From an archaeon (GTDB taxonomy: Archaea > Iainarchaeota > Iainarchaeia > Iainarchaeales > CSSED10-239): 32,000 bases of DNA. Position numbers and translations under genes: made by a program. Location: assembly GCA_041657425.1 (NCBI GenBank), contig JBBABY010000005.1, positions 1-32,000 of the forward strand, given 5' to 3'. Under the pieces are notes generated by a model. The model was not told the origin of the DNA. It did no database searches and saw only the letters and a program-made list of their open reading frames with translations. This document shows, piece by piece, positions 24,679 to 32,000 of the stretch; positions within the stretch are counted from its first letter, which is position 1, and each line of letters opens with the position of its first letter.

Positions 24679-25839
24679 ATGGTTGCAAAAAAAGAAACTA
24701 AATCTGAAAAAAAGCACGTTCATAAGGGTCTTGATACTTATGAGACAGAAACAACTAAAGATATAGAACAAAGAACTCTTCAAATTGCTAAAGATATTGT
24801 TGATCAAATAAAAGGAAATAGATCTCCAACTTTTACAACAAAAGTTAGAGGTTTAAGTAATGTTTATTTTGATGATGAGAAACAATATATTCAATTAGGA
24901 GATAAAAAAGTTGTTAGACCTTTCTTAAATCTTGGAGCTGCAAGAAAGTTCATGCAAACAATGTTAATTAATGATAAATGTAATGAATATTTAAAAGAAG
25001 GAAAGACAGCATCAATCAGAGAAATTTATTATGAACTTAAAAGAACAGTAGCTAATACTAAAGAAAATACTTTCGATGGTCAGAATGAATCTGATGAAGT
25101 TATTGTTGATGTTGAGCACGCAGCAAGTACTATTAGAGAAAAGTTAGGACTTCATGCTGAAGCAAAAGGTTCTCTTTATGGTGACATTACATTAAAAGAT
25201 TTAAAACACGATGACGATATTTTCAATTGCGGTTCTCTAGGTAGGGGCGGTTGGAGTATTATGTCAAGAATCGAACCAGAAGAAGTTGAGATTGTTGATG
25301 TTAACGCAGATATGGTTTTAGTTATTGAAACAGCAGCAATGTACAATAGACTAATTGAAGAAAAGTTTGCAAAGCAACACAACGCAATTCTTATTGGAAC
25401 AGGTGGTCAAGCAGCAAGAGGAGCAAGAAGACTTGTTCATAGATTAAGATACGAGTATGATCTTCCAGTAATTGTGTTTACTGATGGAGACCCTTACGGT
25501 TGGTATATTTATTCAGTTATCAAGAGTGGATCAATGGCTCTTGCTGCTCACTCTAAATACATGGCAGTACCTGATGCAAAGTATGTAGGAATGACCATAA
25601 CGGATGTTGAAACATACGGTCTTTCAAACGTTACTGAAAAAATGAAAGACGGGGACATTAAGAGAGCAAAGGAATTAATGAATTATCCTTGGTTTAAGTC
25701 AAAAGAATGGCAATCTGAATTAAAAATTGCAATTGATAAGAAAATAAGAATTGAACAACAGGCTCTTGCAAACAAGTCACTTGATTTCGTTGCAAGGAAG
25801 TATCTTCCAGAAAAGATTGAAAAAGAGATATTTTTATAA
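24679..25839 (+). CDS. top6A: DNA topoisomerase VI subunit A (Spo11-like)
   Basis: REIYYELK carries the catalytic Tyr region. The Toprim domain is VLVIETAAMYNRL ... FTDGDPYGWYIY. It lies 10 nt downstream of top6B. Confidence 0.95.
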   Translation: MVAKKETKSEKKHVHKGLDTYETETTKDIEQRTLQIAKDIVDQIKGNRSPTFTTKVRGLSNVYFDDEKQYIQLGDKKVVRPFLNLGAARKFMQTMLINDKCNEYLKEGKTASIREIYYELKRTVANTKENTFDGQNESDEVIVDVEHAASTIREKLGLHAEAKGSLYGDITLKDLKHDDDIFNCGSLGRGGWSIMSRIEPEEVEIVDVNADMVLVIETAAMYNRLIEEKFAKQHNAILIGTGGQAARGARRLVHRLRYEYDLPVIVFTDGDPYGWYIYSVIKSGSMALAAHSKYMAVPDAKYVGMTITDVETYGLSNVTEKMKDGDIKRAKELMNYPWFKSKEWQSELKIAIDKKIRIEQQALANKSLDFVARKYLPEKIEKEIFL

Positions 25840-25961
25840 AATTAAAAAGGATATAAAAAAGGTCAATCAAAAAGTCTTACAGTTCCAAGAGAAAATTTTA
25901 GAAAAACGAAACATTAATTCAGTATAAAAAAATAACTGGTGAAAAAATAGCAGGAAGAGCA

Positions 25962-26177
25962 ATGACTGGGAGAATAAGAATTAAGCAAACGCCTAGAAGA
26001 GAACACCAAAAAATAACTGATTTAACAAAAAAAGCAAAAGTTACAGATTTTAGTCATTTAGAAGATTTGTCTGAAATTGAAATAGAAAATTTAGTAAAAA
26101 TATTAAAACACAGTAATACAAGACCAAATAGTGCGACTAAAGTTAGACAAAAAAAAGACGTTACAACAAAAAGATAA
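25962..26177 (+). CDS. Hypothetical small basic protein
   Basis: This is a 71-aa Lys/Arg-rich ORF with no motif I recognise. Confidence 0.35.
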   Translation: MTGRIRIKQTPRREHQKITDLTKKAKVTDFSHLEDLSEIEIENLVKILKHSNTRPNSATKVRQKKDVTTKR

Positions 26178-26187
26178 CTGGTAAAAA

Positions 26188-26775
26188 ATGGTTATTAAAA
26201 GAGCACTCGATAGAAGAGCCGAATCTGTAAAAATAAGAAACACTACTAATTCTAGAAAAAAATTTCAAGTAGGAACTAGATTTGTTTTAGATAAACAATT
26301 ACTACATTTGAATAATGCGATATTAATTTCACAAAAAGACGCAGAATCCATCCTAATTAATTTTCTAAAACATAAGAAAACAACAAGATTTAGAGAAGAT
26401 TTAAAGCTTACAGAAATAGAATTAGAAAATGGAGATAATTTAATAATTGATGAAAATGTAGAAAAGCAATATCTAAATTTAATTTCAAAAAGATCTGCAA
26501 TTTTATTATCTCATGGAATAACGCCTTGGGCACTTTTAGAAATTCTCCCTAAAGAAAAGCTTTACTATTCAGAAAATACAAAAAAATATTATGATTCATT
26601 CTTTAGTAAGTTTTTAAGATTTGAATTTGCAACGATAGTATCAAAAAATCCAAAAGCATTTGGTAACATACAACTTAAACAAAAATTAAAGCAAGCATTT
26701 AAAGTTAAATTAACAGTTGCATTAAAAAAACTAGGATTTTCAACAGAATTTATTGATAATTTAGTTTTTGATTAA
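26188..26775 (+). CDS. Hypothetical protein
   Basis: This is a 195-aa ORF 10 nt after the previous one, with no motif I recognise. Confidence 0.45.
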   Translation: MVIKRALDRRAESVKIRNTTNSRKKFQVGTRFVLDKQLLHLNNAILISQKDAESILINFLKHKKTTRFREDLKLTEIELENGDNLIIDENVEKQYLNLISKRSAILLSHGITPWALLEILPKEKLYYSENTKKYYDSFFSKFLRFEFATIVSKNPKAFGNIQLKQKLKQAFKVKLTVALKKLGFSTEFIDNLVFD

Positions 26776-27996
26776 TTATATTGTTCTTAAATCTTTTTCT
26801 TTATCAGGAAGTATTTGGTTTAAAGTGATTCCAATAACACTAGCTAAAGCAACTCCTCCAAACATAAAATCGCCAAAACTAATCATTGCTCCACCAACGC
26901 CAATTGTTAGCATTACCGCAACAATTACCATATTTTTTGTGTGATTAAGATTTGTTTTCGATTCAATTAATGTTTTTATTCCAACAATTGTTATCATTCC
27001 AAAGAGTAATAACATCATACCGCCTAAGATTGCTTGAGGAATAGTATATAAAAATCCAGTAATTTTTCCTAAAAATGCAAAACAAATAGCAGTAATTGCT
27101 GCAATTCTCAAGATTACGGGATCTTTAAGTTTAGTTAAGATGATTGCACCAGTAACTTCAGAGTAAGTCGTTGTTGGTGTTCCTCCGACAAGCCCTGAAA
27201 AGAAAGTTGCACATCCGTCTCCAAACATAGTTCTTGAGAGTCCTGGATTTTTAACAAAATTAGTATTTGTGGCTTTACTGATTGCATACATATCTCCAAT
27301 GTGTTCAATTATTGGGGCAATTGCTACAGGTATTAAAAATAAAATTGCATTAATATTAAAGACTGGAGTTGCAAACTGCGGAATGGAAAACCATGGCGCA
27401 TTTATTAATTTTGTAAAATCTACAAGTCTAAGAACTATAGCAGCAATATAACTTACAATTAAACCAATAATTACTGGCAATAACTTAACAGTACCTTTAC
27501 CAAAAACCACAACAGAAATTGCAGTAATTAAAGCAATACTTGCAAGTAACCAATTATTATTTGCCATTCCTACTCCTGTACTTGCAAGAGACATACCAAT
27601 TATCATAATTACTGGCCCAACCACAATTGGAGGAAATAATTTTGAAAGAAATCCAGCGCCATTTCTTTTAACAATAAAAGACATAATCATATATACAATA
27701 CCGACAGCCATTAATCCTCCAAGTGCCCCAGGATAACCATATAATTCTGTGGCTTTAATAACTGGTGCAATAAAAACAAAAGAACTTCCTAAAAATACAG
27801 GCACTTTTCCTTTAGTAATAAAATGAAAAATTAAAGTTCCACAACCCGCAGTAAAAAGAGCAACAGCAGGATCAATTCCCACAAGAAGAGGAACAAGAAC
27901 AACAGCACCAAAAGCCACAAAAAGCATTTGCATACCAATTATTATTTTTTTAAATATACTAAGTTTTTCTGTTTCTGTATTATTTTGATATTTCAT
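26776..27996 (-). CDS. uraA: Uracil/xanthine permease (NCS2 nucleobase:cation symporter family)
   Basis: It is polytopic (about 12-14 helices) with UraA/PyrP-like blocks FGAVVLVPLLVG, PVFLGSSFVFIAP, GDGCATFFSGLVGGTPTTTYSEVTGAIILTK. Confidence 0.8.
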   Translation of the reverse strand: MKYQNNTETEKLSIFKKIIIGMQMLFVAFGAVVLVPLLVGIDPAVALFTAGCGTLIFHFITKGKVPVFLGSSFVFIAPVIKATELYGYPGALGGLMAVGIVYMIMSFIVKRNGAGFLSKLFPPIVVGPVIMIIGMSLASTGVGMANNNWLLASIALITAISVVVFGKGTVKLLPVIIGLIVSYIAAIVLRLVDFTKLINAPWFSIPQFATPVFNINAILFLIPVAIAPIIEHIGDMYAISKATNTNFVKNPGLSRTMFGDGCATFFSGLVGGTPTTTYSEVTGAIILTKLKDPVILRIAAITAICFAFLGKITGFLYTIPQAILGGMMLLLFGMITIVGIKTLIESKTNLNHTKNMVIVAVMLTIGVGGAMISFGDFMFGGVALASVIGITLNQILPDKEKDLRTI

Positions 27997-28103
27997 AATA
28001 AAAGGAAAATGAAAGAATATTTAAATGTAGTTTTTTATAGACTATTTATAATTTGTTTGATTCTTAAATTAAATATATAAGCTAATTTTAAAAAATGATA
28101 ATT

Positions 28104-29294
28104 ATGAACATATTAGTAATTAATGCAGGAAGCAGTTCCTTAAAGTTTCAATATATTAATCCAGATACAAAAGCTGTATTAATTAAAGGAAATTATGATG
28201 GAATAAATAGAAGCGACGGTAACCCTTGTTTGAAAAAGATTTCAATTTCTGGCCACAGCACAGTTGATAATTTAATTATTGTAAATCACGAGCAAGCAAT
28301 TGAAGATATGCTTGTAACATTAACTGAAAAAAAAGTAATTACGAGATTTTCAGAAATAGAATTTATTGGACATAGAGTTGTTCATGGAGCAGAAGAATAT
28401 TCAAAAACTACAGAAATTACTGATCAAATGTTAGAGTCTTTAAAGATTGTTTCTTTTTTAGCTCCACTTCATAATCCAATAAATATTAAATGTATAGAAA
28501 TCTTAAAAGAGAAATTGCCAGAAGCAAAACAATATGCAGTATTTGACACCGCTTTTCATCAAACAATGCCTGATAAGATTTTCTTGTATGCCTTACCAAA
28601 AGACTTATATGATAAATTCAAGATTAGAAAATATGGCTTTCACGGAATAAGCCATCAATATGTTTCTAAGCAAGTTGCTGAAATTCTAAATAAAGACTAT
28701 AATAAATTAAATATAATAACTTGTCATTTAGGTAACGGTCAAAGCATTTGTGCAATCAAACAAGGAAAGAGCTATGACACCTCTATGGGCTTTACTCCTG
28801 TTGATGGGCTTCCAATGGGAACAAGAAGTGGAAGTTTTGATCCCGAAATTATTCTTTTCCTTTTAGAGAAAGGCTACACTAAAGAAGAAATTAAAAATCT
28901 AATAAACAAGAAGTCAGGACTTCTAGGAATAAGTCAAATAAGCAGTGATCACAGGCAAATTGAAGAACTTTCAAAAAAGGGATTTTTGTTTGCAAGACTT
29001 GCTAATGATATTCTTAACACAAGAATAATAAACATCATTGGAAGTTATGCCGCAGAAATGAATGGAGTAGACGTTATTGTTTTTACTGGCGGTATTGGAG
29101 AAAAATCAGCTTACTTAAGAGAACAAATTCTTGAAAACTTTACTTATCTTGGTTTAGAGATAGACAAAGCAGCAAATGACGAACACGAATTAATAATCAC
29201 AAAACCAAACAGCAAAGTAATAGCAATGGTAATTCCAACAAATGAAGAATTAGAAATTGCAATAGAAACAAGTGAGAAAATAAGAAAAGGTTAA
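28104..29294 (+). CDS. ackA: Acetate kinase
   Basis: Motifs are ILVINAGSSSLKFQ, GHRVVHG, APLHNP, FDTAFHQTMP, YGFHGISH, ITCHLGNG, PMGTRSGSFDP, VFTGGIGE and IPTNEELEIA. Confidence 0.92.
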   Translation: MNILVINAGSSSLKFQYINPDTKAVLIKGNYDGINRSDGNPCLKKISISGHSTVDNLIIVNHEQAIEDMLVTLTEKKVITRFSEIEFIGHRVVHGAEEYSKTTEITDQMLESLKIVSFLAPLHNPINIKCIEILKEKLPEAKQYAVFDTAFHQTMPDKIFLYALPKDLYDKFKIRKYGFHGISHQYVSKQVAEILNKDYNKLNIITCHLGNGQSICAIKQGKSYDTSMGFTPVDGLPMGTRSGSFDPEIILFLLEKGYTKEEIKNLINKKSGLLGISQISSDHRQIEELSKKGFLFARLANDILNTRIINIIGSYAAEMNGVDVIVFTGGIGEKSAYLREQILENFTYLGLEIDKAANDEHELIITKPNSKVIAMVIPTNEELEIAIETSEKIRKG

Positions 29295-31343
29295 TTACTT
29301 TTCATTTCCCATTTTTTCTAATTTCAAAAGTTCATTCCATCTTCTGTCTATTTCTTCCTGTATTGATTTAAGAACTGCTTTATTCTCTGGTTTTAAAACA
29401 CTTTTAAATTTAGTTTGTGTTTTTAAGAATTCTTCAATTGGTAGTTTGTTTGTTGGTTTGTAATTGATAATTACTTTTCCATTAACCACTTCATAAAGAG
29501 GCCAAAAGCAAGTTTCAGTTGCAAGTTTACTTATCTTAATTGTTTGTGAAGAATCTGCCTTCATGTTTGTTGGGCAAGCTGCAAATGCAATTAGAACTGC
29601 AGGGCCAGAAACATCAAATGCTTTCTTTGCTTTTTCAAATATATCAACTTGGTTAGAAGGATTAATTTGAGCAACATAAGGAATGTTATGAGCTGCTGCA
29701 ATCTTTGTTAAATCTTTTGAGAACTCTACTTTACCATAAGAACACTTCCCTGAAGGAGTTGTTGAGGTTATTGCACCCTTTGGCGTTGCTGAGCTTCTCT
29801 GGTTGCCTGTGTTGTGTACTACAACCCCATCAGCAATGAAATTATGTTCTCCTTCAACTCTTAAATCAAAGGTTTGTTCTTTGCCAACTTCTTTAATATT
29901 TTTTATAATTTCAGTATCGAAGTTTTCATTTCCAATCAAAAAGTTTTGATATTTATATTGTGTAGGATATTTAGTTGTATTCCAATAATCTTTTTTACTA
30001 AAACAAATATAGTGATATTCTGAATTTTTCAGTAATTTCTTTCCAACGACAAGAGTTCCTTTTTCTTTTTTTTGAGTTGTAATTTTACCAACTCTGTAAT
30101 TAAGTGTCTGTAATAATAATCTTAATCTTAAGATTAATTCTTTACTTGCAGACACATATCTACAACTATCTTTTTTCTTTTTATGAATATACCCGTCAGA
30201 TAACAACAACCCTTCAATAAATGCTTCTTTTTGCTCATCTGGAATCGTATAAACCCAAGAAGGAATTATTTTATTCTTTGCACCTTTGTTAAATCCAAGG
30301 GATTCAATAAATTTAGTTATGTTAACTGAATTCATATAGATGTAAGTTTTATCAGTAGTAATTGTCTTAAATCCAAATACTTTTTTACAAGTAGTTATAC
30401 ATTTTTCTCTACCCTCTGTTCCTTCAGGTAAGGCAAAACCTATTTCTCCTTTATCTCTAATCCAACCATCTCCAAGATAAAGTCCTAAGAATAACATTAA
30501 ATCTGTTGTTGATTTTTCTGGTATTTTTACATCATTAATTACATTTACTTTATAATCGCCTTTCTTTGAAAGTTGTATTTTTTCAAAAGTAAACGGTTTA
30601 TTTCCTTTTAATTTCTTTAATGTAATTATTTGATCTCCTTTTTTTAATTCTTCAAGTGTTTTCCAAATTAAAGTGTTTGGTTTTCCTCTTGGAAGTTTAT
30701 TAACAACTAAGAATGGGTGATTTCCTGTTGCTTTGATGTTATGATGAAAAGTTTCAATTTCATAAACTTTCTTAACTCCATTATCAAACACACCACTGCA
30801 TTTTTTCAGAACCAATTTGTGTGTTTTTTGATCAAATGCATAAACCATTTCTCCAACTTTAATTTCAGTTATTTTTTTAAGTCCGGTTTCTGTGTAAATT
30901 AATGAGTCTTTACTTAAGCAATTCATGTACCCTTCATTCGAATAACAAAGATAAACAAAATCATGTCCTCTTTCTAGTGCTCCAGATAAACTTTGAAGAC
31001 CAATATCAAAACTTCCACCATCTCCAGCAATTACTAAAAAATTAATGTCTTTTTTTATTTTTCCTTTTTTCTTTTGTGCTCTGTATGCACTTTCAACTCC
31101 AGAAATTGTTGCGGCAGAGTTTGCAAAAAGAGAATGTATCCAAGGAATATTCCATGCAGTCTGTGGATAAACTGTTGTTGTAACTTCTGCACAAGAAGTT
31201 GCGCTGCTTGCAACAACTGGTTTGTCGCTTGCCGCAATCACAGTCTTACAAATAATTGCAATGGGGCACCCTGCACAAGTTCTGTATCCTGGAACCATTG
31301 CTTTACTTTCAGCTAATTTAATAGCAAGTTCTTTTGAGTTCAT
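29295..31343 (-). CDS. porB: Pyruvate/2-oxoacid:ferredoxin oxidoreductase beta (TPP-binding, PorB-like) subunit, interrupted by an intein
   Basis: The N-extein (141 aa) has PGYRTCAGCP and the TPP motif GDGGSFDIGLQSLSGALERGHDFVYLCYSNEGYMN. The C-extein (171 aa) resumes with TGNQRSSATPKGAITSTTPSGK. The spliced product would be 312 aa. Confidence 0.85.
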   Translation of the reverse strand: MNSKELAIKLAESKAMVPGYRTCAGCPIAIICKTVIAASDKPVVASSATSCAEVTTTVYPQTAWNIPWIHSLFANSAATISGVESAYRAQKKKGKIKKDINFLVIAGDGGSFDIGLQSLSGALERGHDFVYLCYSNEGYMNCLSKDSLIYTETGLKKITEIKVGEMVYAFDQKTHKLVLKKCSGVFDNGVKKVYEIETFHHNIKATGNHPFLVVNKLPRGKPNTLIWKTLEELKKGDQIITLKKLKGNKPFTFEKIQLSKKGDYKVNVINDVKIPEKSTTDLMLFLGLYLGDGWIRDKGEIGFALPEGTEGREKCITTCKKVFGFKTITTDKTYIYMNSVNITKFIESLGFNKGAKNKIIPSWVYTIPDEQKEAFIEGLLLSDGYIHKKKKDSCRYVSASKELILRLRLLLQTLNYRVGKITTQKKEKGTLVVGKKLLKNSEYHYICFSKKDYWNTTKYPTQYKYQNFLIGNENFDTEIIKNIKEVGKEQTFDLRVEGEHNFIADGVVVHNTGNQRSSATPKGAITSTTPSGKCSYGKVEFSKDLTKIAAAHNIPYVAQINPSNQVDIFEKAKKAFDVSGPAVLIAFAACPTNMKADSSQTIKISKLATETCFWPLYEVVNGKVIINYKPTNKLPIEEFLKTQTKFKSVLKPENKAVLKSIQEEIDRRWNELLKLEKMGNEK
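29811..30920 (-). mobile_element. Class 1 intein (370 aa) with a LAGLIDADG homing-endonuclease domain
   Basis: It starts with Cys (CLSKDSLIY, block A). Block B is KATGNHPFLV. The LAGLIDADG motifs are LFLGLYLGDGWI and FIEGLLLSDGYI. The C-terminal blocks are EHNFIADGVVVHN, followed by a +1 Thr. Confidence 0.88.
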
Positions 31344-31346
31344 GTT

Positions 31347-32000
31347 TTATTCCTTTTCTTTTTCAAATCTGTGTTTTTTATAATTATCAACCATCGCTAA
31401 AATTAAATCTCTAAATGCTGGATTTTTTATAACATCGTTATTATTAGGATATGCAGATTCTTTCTGTCTGCCTTTAGAGGGGTTAAATAAAATTGCATCA
31501 ATTTTATTTTCCCCGTCTAATTTTAATGTGCTAGGTAATTGCTTTGTTCCATCACGCATGCTCCAATCATAACCTATAAGTTTTGAATTTATGTTACTAT
31601 CAGATAATACTCGACGAATCGGATATTGCATATATGTCCAATCATCGGATCTTGCAGCTGAAGAATATCCAACAAATGATGCTGGCATTTTCTTACTATC
31701 ACTAGCATCTACAAATATAAAAACTGGATCTTTATATTCTTGTTTATAATTATTGATAAATTTCATAAACGTATTAACAATTATTCTTGTTTTTGTTCCA
31801 TCTCCAACTTCTCCATATCTTCGATCAGGATTACTTGAAGGATATTTAAATTTATCTACAATTACTTTTTTACCATCTGGTTTAATTGACCAAGTATAAG
31901 GCACACCAGTACTTGCAATACCTACCACAACTATTGGTCTTTTTGTAAGTTTTGAAATTCTATTTACAAAAAATTCAGTAATTAAAATCTCTTTTCTAAA
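31347..32000 (-). CDS. Hypothetical protein, 5' end outside the window; tightly coupled upstream of porB
   Basis: The frame stays open from 31347 to the window edge (..FRKEILITEFFVNRISKLTKRPIVVVGIASTG..). Its stop is 3 nt from the porB start. It does not resemble PorA, PorG or PorD by eye. Confidence 0.5.
   Translation of the reverse strand, partial: FRKEILITEFFVNRISKLTKRPIVVVGIASTGVPYTWSIKPDGKKVIVDKFKYPSSNPDRRYGEVGDGTKTRIIVNTFMKFINNYKQEYKDPVFIFVDASDSKKMPASFVGYSSAARSDDWTYMQYPIRRVLSDSNINSKLIGYDWSMRDGTKQLPSTLKLDGENKIDAILFNPSKGRQKESAYPNNNDVIKNPAFRDLILAMVDNYKKHRFEKEKE

Noticed and set aside
24083-25382. Antisense ORFs within top6B and top6A (24083-24370, 24422-24676, 24601-24807, 25176-25382).
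   Set aside because: They overlap strongly supported coding frames and are low-complexity translations of Lys/Glu-rich sense codons.
25931-26190. Repeated ataactggtRaaaaaat upstream of the two hypothetical genes at 25962 and 26188.
   Set aside because: There are only about 16 matching nt in A-rich context and only two copies. Chance or a shared ribosome-binding context is sufficient explanation.
31055-31316. ORFs 31055-31237 (minus strand) and 31074-31316 (plus strand).
   Set aside because: They are off-frame or antisense overlaps of the PorB N-extein, whose frame is supported by conserved motifs.
1-32000. Search for CRISPR arrays, tRNA, rRNA or other structured RNA genes.
   Set aside because: I found no regularly spaced 25-40 nt direct repeats, no GC-rich 70-90 nt cloverleaf-like islands and no rRNA-like stretches by eye. 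The only GC-rich spacer islands are the junction elements and the 1947-1978 insert, and both are too short. A covariance-model scan would be needed to exclude small RNAs.

Overview
This is a visibly AT-rich, gene-dense archaeal fragment. The archaeal call rests on MCM, RPA, topoisomerase VI A and B, aIF1A, aIF2-beta, a RIO kinase/KH-protein cluster and a presenilin-like protease. The small genes, heavy surface-protein investment and patchy metabolism suggest a DPANN-type or similarly reduced archaeon, but that is inference only.

The window splits into two parts.

(1) Positions 1-12.4 kb are accessory. They hold:
- an Arch_ATPase/DUF234 gene flanked by ~200 bp direct repeats;
- a 1155-aa Ig-like-repeat surface protein plus a membrane-anchored partner;
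- a truncated Bro-N gene, a RhuM gene with one in-frame TAA, and a Bro-N relic;
- a 768-aa GspE/VirB11/FlaI-family ATPase with a Cys-rich N-terminal extension;
- an intact DUF1016 (YhcG-like) PD-(D/E)XK nuclease.
These modules are separated by a previously unannotated family of short junction elements with core TTGCACTGGACA.

(2) Positions 12.4-32 kb are mostly core informational and metabolic genes. Oddities here are a LAGLIDADG intein inside the TPP-binding motif of a PorB-like 2-oxoacid:ferredoxin oxidoreductase beta subunit, an acetate kinase, a degenerate CYTH domain fused to a VIT1-like membrane domain, initiation factors with long charged tails, and a tandem pair of small paralogous genes next to an XRE/membrane-protein pair.

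I saw no rRNA, tRNA or CRISPR array. All homology calls come from motif recognition by eye; no searches were run.
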